Part shown: positions 1 through 12,776 of the stretch, piece by piece
Position numbering within the stretch: position 1 is the stretch's first letter
Layout of the letters: each line of letters starts with the position of its first letter
The notes under the pieces: model-generated
What the model was told of the DNA's origin: nothing
Databases searched by the model: none
Seen by the model: only the letters and a program-made list of their open reading frames with translations
NCBI RefSeq assembly: GCF_036321535.1
Contig: NC_087436.1
Coordinates: forward strand, 37,822,001-37,886,000
DNA from: Camelus dromedarius
Lineage: Eukaryota
Direction: 5' to 3'
Length of the DNA stretch: 64,000 nt
Made by a program: the position numbers and the translations under genes

Positions 1-360
1 CATGCAGAAGAATATTATGTAGCCTTGAAAAGAAATGAAACCTGGTCACATGCTACACCATGAACAAAACTTGAGGGCATTGTGCTAAGCCAAATAAGTT
101 AGTCACAGAAGAACAAATATTACATGATTCCACTCATATGAAGCATCTGAAGTAATTAAAACCGTATTAACAGAAAGTATAAATAGATGTTTGCCAAGAG
201 CTGAGGTTGAGGGGAAACTAGTATTTAGTGGGCATACATTTTCTGTCACCCAACAGTGTGAATATATTTAACATTATTGAATATACACAAAAATGATTAA
301 GATGGTAAATTTAATGTCATGAGTTTTTTATATCAATAAAATAATTAAAAATAAAACACA
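1..360 (+). mobile_element. L1 (L1MB-like) 3' end fragment
   Basis: Typical L1 3' sequence (gaatattatgtagccttgaaaagaaatgaaa...catgctacaccatgaacaaaacttgagggcattgtgctaag...tatacacaaaaatgattaagatggtaaattt) ending in an A-rich tail. Confidence 0.8.
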
Positions 361-414
361 TAAAAATCTGTGCCACACATTAAAAGAGTAACCACATTTT
401 AATGGAATCACTAA

Positions 415-814
415 CGTCAAAGGACATCCTGCTGATCAACCGTACTGATGATATCATTACAATAGGCCATTAGGAGCAGGATGTAGCTGTAACTTCCTAA
501 ACACCTTAGTAAAATAGTTCTGTGCCAGAAAGAGATACAACCTGGGAATGTGCAGCGTCTTTCAAACTCAATGATGCTTTTTTGGAATCAGGGACATATC
601 AGAATATAGTCTCCAAAGTGAAGATATGAAACACATATTGCTGTATCTTGCCCCACTCACTCCCCACGACCACTAATAAAAAGAGGCATAAGGCTTGGAA
701 GGTCTTTTTAAAAGATTCAGATTTTGAAAGCTGCCTACATCACATTTGCAATGTATGTATGTGAGTGTGTGTGTATATATATTATATATATATACATATA
801 AAATATATTGTGTG

Positions 815-849
<35 letters not shown>

Positions 850-980
850 TTGTGTGTGTGTGTTTCTCTCTACTAGATAAGCCATAAAGCTGCCAGCTTT
901 GATTGGCCCTGGGCATGAGAAGTTTTTCCAGCTGGCTCACTGTAAGCATTTTCCAAACGAATGGCTGCACACCATATGCT
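415..980 (+). mobile_element. Degenerate ERVL-class pol (reverse transcriptase) relic
   Basis: From 420 reads KDILLINRTDDIITIGH*EQDVAV (cf. ERVL QDITLVHYIDDIMLIGPSEQEVA), followed by frameshifted pieces SKVKD..LLYLAP, TNKKEA and KAASFDW (cf. KAASFEWG). Confidence 0.7.
751..872. repeat. Compound (TA)n/(TG)n microsatellite
   Basis: Directly visible tatatata/tgtgtgtg runs. Confidence 0.95.
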
Positions 981-3816
981 AGCAGCAGTGTTGTAAATAG
1001 AGTACATCTGGAATAGCAATTATGATTTGAGTCACTGCCTTATTAATTTCCAAAAAATTCCTTTTTATTCTCTGAGACCAAAAATTAAGTTAAAAGAGAA
1101 CATGATAGGAAACACCGCTTCTATTGATTTCAAGTGTTTAAAGATGACATTAACATCTGTAATCGCCCAGAAAATCTATATTGCATCTGGTTAACTCTTT
1201 TGATAGGGAAGGGTGATTACAAATGCTTCCTCTTGGCACTTGTATCAAAATAGCCTTTACTTTAGAAGTTAGCAAGCCTATGTATATATTCTGCTACTTG
1301 CCAAGCATTCCTATTTTAAAATCTACAGACTTAAGCCAAAACTCCTTTTGTCACCTGTGGAGAGGGGATATGTAACCAGCAAGCTTCAGCATCCAACTAG
1401 AGCCCAGCAACCTCTGAAAAGTCTAGGTACACAGCAACTTCAATAAACAGCCACAGGTTCCTTTTGTGGAGTACAGCATAAATATCTACAAAACAAACAA
1501 TAGGCTTTTACCACAGTGTTCTTCTTTTAATGTACTCTTCACAAACGAACCTCTGGAAATTGCATGAGAACCCATTTCACTGTACTGAGATAATTCAGGT
1601 CAGGCTGCTGTGGGGTTAGGTCTAGAGTATTGTAGGAGATTTCGGTCAGTTGCCTTTCTAGTTCAGCTTAAAGATCCCCATTGACCCAGTAGCTATTGCT
1701 CAAGTTTTCTGTAGGTAGAACCTTTCTGATTATCACTTGTACCCTGCTGCCTACAGTGATAACCATGACTGTCTTAGTTCTGGTGACTGAGAGTTGCCAT
1801 TCAGCTTTTGCTACTATCATCTGCATTGAAATCAACAAGCCTGTTTCAATAGCAAGATTTTCTAACTTCATCCATAGGAAAAAGGAAGGGTTGTTATTAT
1901 TTTAAACTTACAATATAGGGCATGTTAAATATAAGTATTAAAAAGTTTAAAATTATGACTATCAAGCAAATATAAATGAATATGTATCAAAGATATTATT
2001 TAACTCAATAAATGAAAGATGTTTTAATTGGCTCAAAGAACATTCAAGAAGTATCTATCTATCTGAAATTTTAAAAAGAATTATTAGGATAAAGTTGCTA
2101 GATTAGATACTAGACTGGTTAATATCTTACACGGTGATTAAGTTCTGTGGTTATCTGTTCCTCCAGACAGAAAGTACTCCTATAACCTTTGCTCCTACAG
2201 AGTTGTAATATACCCCAGTCAAACATCAAGCCTAGCGCTACACTGAAGGGACATCAAATCACCGCTTTTGCCTATTTTCAAATTCTATGTAATTTTTCTG
2301 TTAGGCATATCATGGTGTTCCATAGCAGAATAGATGAGATTGCCCAGTTCAGCATAATACAGGTTTATAATTCCGTTTCTATTCTAATTCCGTCATATGC
2401 GGATCCAAGTGAGGGATAAGCAAAAGAATTCTTGGATACAAATACAGTATCAGGTGGAAAGTGAGCTTTATGTAGAATGATGGTTAGAATACTTCAGATT
2501 TAAGTGTAAGTTTTCCATTGCTGGTTAATCATTAAAATTTTGTTTTAAATCCACAAGTCTAACTTTAAATACATAAAATTGAATTTGTGGTGGGGAAAAA
2601 TTACTCTTCTTAAAACTGAGAGCAAAATTAATGATGACCTACTGCAGCCAAAATTAAGATTTAAGGATGTTTTCCTTAGTTGTTTCATACGACCTTGGCT
2701 TGCCTAGTTGGCAGCTTCATAACTTGAACATGTCCTGCTGTGAATGGAAAAGCTGACCAGAGTTTTCGGAAGAGCAGATTATCAGGATTGCAGGTTACAG
2801 CACCGTCTACAGTTGCATGGAAGTCTCTCATTCTTCTCACTAATAGTCACACGTATGGATTGATCTTCTCTAAGATAACCGATTATGAAGCATATATAAT
2901 TAAGTGCTTTAATACTCCCTGCTTGTTGTAAACGTTTGTATTCTCTCAAAGGATACCTTTGTGGGCAGTAATTTGTCTTTTTATTCATCTCACTTGCCAG
3001 TGGGAAGTCTGAGCTACGAGAAGCAAACACTATGCCTGGGATGTCCCACTAAATAATCCAAAGAAGTTCAGAATGTATTCTGCAGAAGCTGAAGGAATCA
3101 AATCATGGGGATTGAGTGCTGGCCTAGAAATTGGGTTCCTGAAAATATATTTTGAAGGCCAAAAATAAAAATTCTGAGAAGATTTATTTTATAGAGGAAT
3201 TCTAAGAATCTTTTGCTTTTTAATAGGTGTTGCTCATGACTAATGAGGTGTTCTATTGTGAACTTGGATAAGGCAACTCCCAAAGGTGCTTTCATGCAAC
3301 AGGGTGGGAAGGAAGCCATATCACTCGAGTATCAGGCTTGGGAAATGGAAATGGAATTACTCCCAGGGCTAGGATTTGTCTGTCATTTACTACTAAGTAA
3401 GCTCAATGGCCCAATTCTCTTTCTCTTCCTGGTAAAACTAATGCAAAAAGCAGAAGAAATTAACTATTTATTGATGAATTCAGACAATTCTAGAAATAAT
3501 CCAAGTGCTCAAATGAGTCTTTGGCTTGTGGCCCGCATATTGGTTGTCCTCACAAGTGGATTAATTGGATTATAGTCAAAAGCCTCCCTCATTTTCCACT
3601 GGCCATGCAGAAAAACAAAATGGTACCTTCTTACAAGTGCTCAAGAAACCAGGGGACTTGCAGCAATCCTCTACTGGTGAGGAAGCATCCATGTGGTTTC
3701 ATATCTATCTCAAAGGTAAAAAGTAGAGTTTTGAATAAAAAGCATTTGCTATTATCTAAGACAGATTGAAATTTCTCATTAAAACATAAAAATATTATTA
3801 ATAAATAAAAGTTATT

Positions 3817-4149
3817 GTTACAGATATAGACTCACAGACAGAAAACAAATTGTGGTTACCAAAGGGGAAAGGGGTGAGGAGAAGGATAAATTAGGAGTTT
3901 GGGATTAACAGATACACACTACTATATATAATATAGATAAATAGCAAGGGCCTACTGTATGACACAGGGAACAATATTCAATATTTTATAATAACCTATA
4001 ATGGAAAGAACCTGAAAAAGAATATATATATATATGTATATGTATAACTGAATCACTTTGTTGTACACCTTAAACTAACACAAGATTGCTAATCAACTAT
4101 ACATCAATTAAAAAAAAAAAATAAGAAAAGACTAAACCAAATCTGAAAA
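3817..4149 (+). mobile_element. 5'-truncated artiodactyl-type L1 3' end
   Basis: agactcacagaca..gtggttaccaaaggggaaagg..ggataaattaggagtttgggattaacagatacac..gaatcactttgttgtacacc..poly(A); TSD AAAAGTTATT at 3807-3816 and 4150-4159. Confidence 0.9.
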
Positions 4150-5109
4150 AAAAGTTATTCAAGACAATTTGTTTTAATGTCTTGGATTTTTTTAAGCATA
4201 GAGGTCATTTTTGAATTCAATATCGTATCTAAGGAGGAAAGCTCCAAAAGCAACTTCACTTTCTTCAGTGATATCCATAACTAGAAAGAATCTAGCATGC
4301 ATATCTAAATATTTCAATATTAAGGTATGCACGTTTTCAGGCAACAGCCATACATGTTTACTTAATTTTAATTTTCTGGGCATAATTACTAGGGGAAATT
4401 CTCTTTCTTCCCTGAAGCCATAAGAGAATACATATTTGAATCCTTCCAGGTTTAGAGTGAAGCTACATCACCTATAGTGATACAGGAAAATCCTATTTAC
4501 TCCTACTTTCTATATTTTAGACAATTATGAGCGATTACAAGAAATGAATTCCATGTGTGACAGCCAGGCAGCAGGTTTGAAGCTCTAAGGAAGATGAAGG
4601 CTATGATATCCAGGGCGGGAGGTGGGGGGATGTCTGGTCCTCTCTGGCCCCAGGTGATGCTGGAAAGGCGAAATTAGAGAGGAGAAAGAGGAATGAAGTG
4701 TGAAATTTGTGAGGTAGCCCCTGGGGAACTCCGGGAACAAATGGAGGGACTGCAGAAAGTTGGGGGTAAAGATGAATAAACGGAGACACTGACGTTATCT
4801 GGATGGGAAGTATGGGTAACGAAATCTGGGAATTCATGAAAATGTGGTTTTTTTCACACTTTTATCAGAATATTTTATTTCAAGAGTTAACACTTTTTTT
4901 TCAAAAAGTAAAACTCTAGTTACTTCCCTGAGTATAAAGAACTAATCCTACAATAAAAGACAATGACAAAAATTAAAGAGAAAGAAAGAAATTAAGGAAG
5001 AAAGTGAATGGGTGTTATCAGAGAGAAAATGTCCCCCCAATGGAAAGTGAGGGAATGGCCAAACCTAAGATGCCAAAACCTGCCCTGGAAATAATTTTTT
5101 CTACTTTGA

Positions 5110-5275
5110 TAATAACAATGATAGTGATGATGATGATGGTGATGATGGTAAGTAGTAGCAGTCATGGTGGCAGCAGCAGTGACTAAGCTTAACCAGGATT
5201 TTGGTGTGTACCAGGCACAGTGCTGGCCTCTAGCATCACCTCATTTACTCTTAGCCATCATGTCTCTGTGAGGTC
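5110..5275 (-). repeat. (GAT)n-like simple repeat plus MIR fragment
   Basis: gatgatgatgatggtgatgatg followed by tgtgtaccaggcacagtgct...cacctcatttactctt (MIR-like). Confidence 0.55.
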
Positions 5276-6459
5276 TGCCCACATTAAAAAAAAAAAAAAA
5301 ACACTCACAATAAGCACAGATAATCAAAGAACCTACTTTGGAAGGATCTGTAGACATATTCTAAAGCAGCTCACTACATAAACAGAAAATCTTTAAGCTC
5401 TGTTTCATTACAAGCATATAGGTTAGTTTTACATTCTATTTCATAATACATATGCCTTTATTTTACAATTAACTAATATTTCAAAGGACTGAAAAAAATA
5501 GAAAATTTATATTCCCTACAATCAATATTCTTTACCTGATATTTGAACCTCACTTTTATTGAAATAGTCTTGCTTCATGAAATACCATCAGGGATGTGTT
5601 TAATGTTAAATCAATTTAGTGAACCAAAAATTACCATTAAGATGAACAATGAATTAATTCACCTTATTTAGGATTTTTGTCCTCTTTTCTTCTACCCCTG
5701 AAAATTTCACCATGAGTTCAAACAATTTGGATCAGCACCTTCCACAGCTTAATCATATACAGCAACACAAAGCTAACAAAGAGTTCAGGTCTTTGAGGCC
5801 ACAGTGTATGGGCTTCTCCGAAGTACAGTCCTGAGGCTGCCCACTATGTGAGTCTATCTGGTTAATGCCTCTCCCGTCCCTGGAAATAAAGAGTCATCCT
5901 GCAGTTTTAGTCATGCTGACAGTCACCTTTTATTAGCCTCAGTTTAGATCAGTAGAAGAAAACTGAGAGTGTGAAAGACAAAGGCTGTGCATGTTCAATT
6001 TTGAGGTTCATTGTCTCTAGTTACACCCTTATAAAAGCAAGTCTTCATGCCCACGCTGCAGAGCCCAGTAAAGGAAAACTGCCGATCTGCTTGTAGTAGA
6101 ATTTCTTTGGCATCCCTAATATCAAAACATTTTTTTTCTTCAAACCTTTGAATTTTTTCTTCAAACCTTTGAATAAAATCCCTCTGAAAGGATTCAACAT
6201 GTTCCACTGACTTCTTGTATCACTAGAATTCACTTTAATATGCAAATTAAGAAATCTTTGTCAAATTTGGTTCAGAAAATTGCCCAAGACAGCTGCCAAG
6301 CACTGGACAGTCAGTGGGCAAGACAATGTAGGATAAAAAAGTGGAATCACTTTAGGAGAATTCAGTGGAATAAAAGCACTTATAGTGCAGAGCTATTTCT
6401 TCCTAGGACTTGAGACCAGCCCAGGTACATAATAAGTGGGGCTCTTAGAGATGACCTTG

Positions 6460-7035
6460 TGAGGCAGGAAGCCCCATAAAAAGACCAGCAGGACCCCTAG
6501 GCAGGGCCGCTGCTCTCCTCCCAGCACCGTCCAGTTCCCTGGCCCAGAGGTTCTATCTCACTTTTTGCCTCTAAAGTGGCTAACTTACACCTAAATTTCT
6601 GTTGGTTCCCTGAGCTCATTTCTGGTTGGTTATTTCCTTCACTCCTGATTGGCTATTACTCTCACTTCTGATTGGTCGACTTCCCTAACTTCTGATTGGT
6701 CCATTTGTAGTACTTCATTTGCATGGAGCTCACTCCTGATTGATTATTTCTATCACTCCTGATTGGTCTATTTCTACAAAGCTTGTTCCTGGTTGGTCAA
6801 CTTCTGTTATACTTTATTTGCATATGATGTTACAAAGTGTAAAACTGGCTGCCTATAAAGGCCTGTGTAAACCTACAAAAGGGGCCAGAGCTTAAAGTGT
6901 TAACTCCTCTGGGCCTGCTGGTGTAATAAACCTGAGTTCTCCAACTCTCGGAGTGCTGCTTGGCCTCTCGCCTGGATCCAGGTTGCTGTCACAACTGAGC
7001 TGTAACACTGAGCTGTAACACATTTTTCCACAACA
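6460..7035 (+). mobile_element. Solo LTR, ERV1-type (576 bp)
   Basis: TG...CA termini, 4-bp TSD CTTG (6456-6459 / 7036-7039), repeated inverted CCAAT boxes, TATAAA at 6854-6859, AATAAA at 6925-6930. Confidence 0.9.
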
Positions 7036-7185
7036 CTTGAAGACTCTTTCTACTAGGACACTATTAGTGACTATAGGACCATCTTTTGCTATGTTGTGTT
7101 ACTGTTATTTGTGATGTACTGCTTTCAGGAATAAACTGGACAATAATTAGGGTGATGGTTGGGTCACAACCAAGGAGCTTCCCTT

Positions 7186-7750
7186 GTGTAATCTGAAAGC
7201 AGCTGGAGGGCAGGGAGAGACCCAAGAAACAAGCAAATCTTCCAGATTGGTAGGTGGCAATTTTAATGAGCAAGGGAACTTACAGAAGAGATTTGTCTTG
7301 GGTGGCCACAGGATGGGTGGATTTCTACACTGATGGCCAAATCGTAAAAGTTTATGTAGTGGGGGACGGTATAGCTCAAGTGGTAGAGCACATGCTTAGC
7401 AAGGTCCTGGGTTCAATCCCTAGTACTTCTTCTAAAAATAAATAAATAAGTAAATTTAATTACCACCCACTCCAATAAAAATAATTAATTAATTTAATTT
7501 AAAAAATTAAAAAATATTTAATTACAAAAGTTTATGTAGAGGCCTTAACTGGGTCCAGTCACTTGTACTATCCCTGTGGTCTCAACACCTTACTCTCTCC
7601 AGGCTACATCCCTGAAACAGCTCCCACTATGAGAACTGTAGGCAGAGCATACATCCCAAGGACAGGGGTGGGCATGAGCAGCCTCTGACCTTGCCTAGGT
7701 CCAGCCCAAAGGTCAACTGGTGGTCATGTCCTCTTGATTACCTCCTCATG
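7186..7750 (-). mobile_element. MER74-like ERVL LTR, interrupted by a SINE
   Basis: ggccttaactgggtccagtc..ggtctcaacacc..cccaaggacagggg..ggtccagcccaaaggtcaactggtggtcatgtcctcttgattacctcc resembles recalled MER74 consensus in reverse orientation. Confidence 0.65.
7360..7525 (+). mobile_element. tRNA-derived camelid SINE (Vic-1-like)
   Basis: ggggacggtatagctcaagtggtagagcacatgcttagc..ggtcctgggttcaatccctagtac (Pol III A/B boxes), AT-rich tail, perfect 14-bp TSD AAAAGTTTATGTAG (7346-7359 / 7526-7539). Confidence 0.93.
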
Positions 7751-9754
7751 CAGTGAAGTGACAGCCTCTGATTTGAAAAGGATGATTCTAGCAGAGAAGA
7801 GTAGAAGGAAAGGTGGACTGGGGTGACTTATAAAAGACCCCTACATGTTTAGGGTCAGTGACCTCTCAGTCTGGTCACAGCAGAAGGAACCTCCAAAAAT
7901 ATGACCTATTGCCATTCCAACAAGATGACTTTATCCTATTCTGAGACATTCACAGCATCCTTGGTGAGTTACAACTGTCCCCCATTATTGGAAAGAGGGA
8001 GAATAAGTGATACCAAGGAAAATAGAGGAATTGTGACCTTAAGTTACATTTATCAATTTTGTAAACAAAGCTAGAACAGGAAAATATATCTATTTGTCCA
8101 GTCTCTTCTTTCTCCTCACACCTCCTTCCACTGACAAACAATTGTGAAGTCCACACGGCAAGTACAATGACTGGGCGTCCCTGCCAAAAGTTCCATAAGA
8201 ACTAGTTCTGCTGCTAGAATGTGGTATTTCCAGTCACTGTGCTTTTATTCCGTCACCTCTATCATTTGAACTCTGTAAGTATTGAATAAGACCTGCACAA
8301 GTTGGTTTAGAGGCAAATAGTAGAATAGAATTCTATAGACAAAGATTTAAAAACATACCCTCCCAATCGAAGACAGATATAATTTCTTCAGATAGTCCCC
8401 ATGGACCCAGAGCAATGGAAAGCTGTCCTTATCACTGTAGAACTGATAAGCTTGCTTTTAAATTTCTATTCTTTTTAGAATTATCAAGTACTCCAAGGCT
8501 GTCATGGAGTTACATACAGTATTTTCAAAGAATTTCTTTCTGTCAATGTGCAGTGACTCTACACTTCATCCATCATCTAGAGAAATCTGTCTTGGGGTCA
8601 ATTTTTCATGGTTCTCTTCCTCATGTAGAGAAGAGACTGTAAAGGTTTAAAGTAACATTTTTTTACATAAAGTACATCCTTGAAACGTTCTTTTCCAATG
8701 TACTGTTAGTTATGAAAACACTCAGAATGTGTCCATTCTTGTGCCAGTAAGAATATTACCTCTCTGGCAGTTGTTGGATACAGCCTCTTATGAATTATAT
8801 CTATCCTCTGTAGCTATTTATCAACTTCTAAATATAAATTAACAAATCAAGGAGGGACTTGAATACTTCACAATTCACACTGAACATAGATCAATTGGCA
8901 TTTATTAATTAAGAAAGCTTCAGCTCTACAATAGACTCACCTCTTGGGGAGATTCCCAACCTGGAATCTAACCTTCCATGTCCTGTTCATTACAAACACA
9001 CTTCAGACTGTTCAAGTTCTTTCAAGAGTTTATAATGAATTTATTGTACAGTTGTACTGCCTAATGTAGAGACTTCACTAATAGATTGAAATAGTCCCTA
9101 GATCAGATCCTAATTTATAGTTTTCAAAAAGGGCAACCCCTGCATAGGAGACAGGAAGCCAAGGCTTCTAAAACAGACCAGAGCTGCTCAGGTTAACTCT
9201 TCTACACAGTGAGTACATTCTGTGAGTTTCCAGATCACATGCGCTCTTTTTGAGACTTCTCTTCCCATGCCTGCACCTGCATTTCTGTTATGCTTGGATA
9301 CCAGAGCAGACAGCTCTAAACTCAAAGCATCAAGCGCTCCGTGCAATTTGGAGTTCTCCTGTTTTCTTTTCTATTCAGTTCTGTCTGGCTTCGGTGACCC
9401 AGCTATAGGGTAGCACCAAGTTCGTGAACTGTCATAATACTCAGTACAACTGAAAGGCTCACCCACCGAGGTTCGACTCTTACAGACTTAGCAAGGATTT
9501 GGATAATCTCTGATCATTGCTCAATATTCTCAAAGTTATTCTATGGGGACTATTACAGCATCTGTTAGAGACCAGCTTTCAAATCTAGTTTTAAAATGCC
9601 ATCCATCCATCCTATATTTGTTGGGCACCTCCTGTCTTTAGACCACTATGTGTTGGTTGTTAAGCGGTTTTACTGTAATACAGAAGGTGGCTAAAGACAG
9701 TATGATTCTTAGTTCACAAACTCAAGTGAGAAAAATTTTTTTAAATTGTGTTTA

Positions 9755-9918
9755 TTTTCTTTCTTTCTTTTAAAAAATATTTTATTTATTTGTTTTTTTG
9801 TTTTGGGGGGATAATTAGGTTTATTTATTTACTTTTTTATTTTAATGGAGGTACTAGGGATTGAACCCAGGACCTCAGGCAAGCTAAGCACGCACTCTAC
9901 CACTGAGCTGCACCCCAC
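9755..9918 (-). mobile_element. Vic-1-like SINE
   Basis: Reverse-complement SINE: ggaggtactagggattgaacccaggacctc..ctaagcacgcactctaccactgagctgcacccc preceded by a T-rich tail. Confidence 0.9.
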
Positions 9919-11299
9919 TTTTTAAATTTTCTTTAAAGCCCTCATCTTGTCAAGCTGGAAGATAATTCAACTTCAGTCATTACCAGACTTCCCTATACAA
10001 AGGTGTGGAAAGATTCTAGAGCTTTATACATATTCCAATGCATTGAAAGATTCTTTGGGTCACTGCTGCTCATTTTTCTACACTGGTCACTAATAAGACA
10101 AGAAGAGTTATAACCTAAATGCATCCAACAGGACTGGCCATTCTGATTCTGTGTTGTCACCCTTGGCATAGATATTTTGGGGAAGTTTTAGTCATTCCAA
10201 ACTGGCCTCTCTCAGTGACCTGTGCTGCGTTCCCTGCGAGGGCTCTGTACAGTTCCTCTGCAACCCACCGACCTCCATTTCTTCCTCAGTCTAGAAGGGT
10301 CACTTCCTGCTCTCCACTCCTCCAGGAGGCTGTTCCCTAGCTCAAGCTTTATGAAAATGGAAAAGGAAGCATCAAGCAGACAATTCGTGCTTTTTGCCTT
10401 ATGACATCAATCACAATCCCAAAAGGAGGAGAGAGAGACACCGGAATCCCAAAAATATTTCCTGATTTTTGTTCTGATATTCACCTTTTGCTGCTCCAAT
10501 TTAAGTCCTGGGGAAAAAAGTGAGAGTTTGTAGGACAAAAGTTGTGCATGTCCCCATAATCCTTGAAATAATTTCTACGGCCTGGCTAATGTCTTGCCCT
10601 CAGCTGGCCTAAGCATGCGTCACCCGCCCTGTGGAAAAGGGGATGGAATTAATCTGATTGATTGATTGATTATCAATTAAGGTTCACTCCTGGAGTTTAG
10701 AGGTCAGGCCTCCAAGTTGAAGAGCTATGATATAGAAAAGATATTGGGGAGAGAGTCTTAAGTATTTCCTTACATGGTTTAACAGACTATTCTCATCCCC
10801 AGACCTCACATTCTTTTCTGGTATTCTGTATATAGAATACTTAAATACCAATTTCAATTTTGGTGGTTGTCCTAAGAAACTAAATGAAGTGCAGGAGACA
10901 ACAAACTAAGAACAAAGATTTGATTACTAACTATTCTATTACTGATCACTCATGTTTCATTTTTTTGCCATTCACTGGGCACCCAGGATATACCAAGCCT
11001 GTGCTGGGAACAGAAAGTACAAAGATAAAATAAATATTGCCTGCCTTCAAAGAACCCAAGTTTGCGTTCTTCTCACCAATAGCCTCATATTTAGCATATT
11101 GATAATATTTCCTACACACTCTGTGTGCCTGTTGCAATTGAAGCAAATAAAAATATTTAAAGGATGGTCAACTGAAAGAGTAGGAACGTATTTAAAAGCT
11201 TGTGTAAACATTCCTGACGTAACTCCTGGCAAATGGATTTCTCAAATCCCTTTATTCTCAACTCTTAAAACCTTAATCTAATTACAACCTCTCTGACCA

Positions 11300-12180
11300 C
11301 TTCTTGAAAAATGGAAATGGTCCTTTCTCAGCGTCCGTCTTTGATTCTTCCTAGGTATTTGCCTCTTTAGACCACTCAGGCTTTCTTCAGTATTCTCTTG
11401 TCTTGGCTTGCCTTCCAGATGTCTCCACTGCTTCAATTTGGCCTTTGTTCTGACTCTTGTGTTCTCGCTTTACTATCACTGCCTCCTTCCCTTCCCAACA
11501 ACCCTGGCTCAGCCTCCCATGCTGGTTTTGCACACGCTTGTATCTGGTGACTCTTTTCACTTTCCTGTAAACTCCCAACCTTGAGCTTATCCAGTTGCCA
11601 GGTTTCACCCATCATCTTTTCAGATAATTTCTAAATGAATTTCATATTCCCTGCCTTTTGCCTGCTTTCCAGGCCCCTATTTCCTGAGTGCCAGCAGGAC
11701 AGCACCCTTGAAAAGCTCCAGCATTAGCTGGACATCACCATAGCTCCAGAGCTAGTACTGACTCCTACTACTTGATGACTTTGAATAAGTCATATCAACT
11801 TGTAGGTCTCAGTATCCCTCATTATAGAATGAGGAGGTTGGATCAGATGGTTTCAAATGTTTCATGCAATTCCAAAGACTTCATGCTAATTTATCTCCAA
11901 ACTTGAATTGAACTCCCTCTACTTCAAAGTGCTTATTCTTATCCTCCTCTCCAGTTTCTGTCCCTTTACTTTTGATTCTTTTCTGTCCTTTATATTATCT
12001 TTCACCCACTTTTCTCTTCAAAACTTGTCTTTTCTTTTGTTTCCAAGTGCTACTCTCTTCTGCCACTTCAACTACATTCTAATTTAATCTCCTCTTTCCT
12101 TCTAACCCAAACCTTCTTTATACCTTTCTTAAAACAATTTTTATCATGCCACTCCCTATGTAAAAACTTCAATACTTTTA
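11300..12180 (+). mobile_element. Degenerate L2 fragments with an internal MIR-family piece (~11750-11885)
   Basis: Pyrimidine-rich L2-like text; MIR core gactttgaataagtcatatcaac..ctcagtatccctcattatagaatgaggaggttggatcagatg. Confidence 0.45.
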
Positions 12181-12384
12181 TTATCAATGTCAACTTTTAT
12201 CAAAGTAGACCAAATAGATAAAAAGAGTATGTCCTCACCCCTTACAAGACACCTGGGAGTTTAGTCCGAGGAGCTCTCTGCAAGTGCAAAAATTCTCTTA
12301 TTGCACTTTCTTTTCAAGTGGGCTTTTCAGTTTACTTCATAGTATATCCATATAATAGTCATGATGTTTGGGGAAGGAGAGGCG

Positions 12385-12612
12385 CTGAAGTGGTTAGGTG
12401 TTTGGACTCCATAGACAGAGCTGCATTTGAATCCCACCTCACTTCTTACCAACTGGATGACCTTGGGCAAATAAAAGTCTCTTTGTTCCTTGATTATCCC
12501 CATCTGCTAAATGGGGATAGTAACAATACCTATAGTATGCTATTGTTACGAGGATTAACTAGTGAATGTAAAGTGCTCAGATAGCTCCTGGCCCACGGTA
12601 AGCATTCAGTTG
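12385..12612 (+). mobile_element. MIR SINE
   Basis: gaccttgggcaaat..cccatctgctaaatggggatagtaacaatacc..aggattaact..gtaaagtgctcagatagctcctggcccacggtaagc. Confidence 0.8.
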
Positions 12613-12624
12613 CATACTTTGGGT

Positions 12625-12776
12625 TCCACACTCAACTACTTGGAGTTAAATCTTGGTTCTAGCCCTTGGTAGCTATGTGCCCTTGGGCAAGTCGCTTAAC
12701 CATCCTGAGTTCCCTCATCTGGAGGTAACTAGAGCACTTAGTTTATACACTTGCCAAGAAGAATAGATAAACTAAT
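12625..12776 (+). mobile_element. MIR 5' part, split by a hAT insertion (resumes ~14907-14960)
   Basis: tagctatgtgcccttgggcaagtcgcttaaccatcctgagttccctcatct; MIR tail-like gcactt..tacttggcacgtatgaaggtctcag follows the hAT element. Confidence 0.65.

Noticed and set aside
6595..6800. Regularly spaced short repeats resembling a CRISPR-like array
   Set aside because: Eukaryotic context, imperfect units, no cas genes; explained as a U3 enhancer repeat of an LTR.
7361..7432. tRNA-like sequences (also at ~9850, 35330, 43010, 60490)
   Set aside because: They carry SINE tails and mostly TSDs and have degenerate cloverleafs; they are SINE heads, not tRNA genes.
10654..10680. TGATTGAT repeats as PBX-type sites
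   Set aside because: Equally explained by a short (GATT)n microsatellite; no other support.
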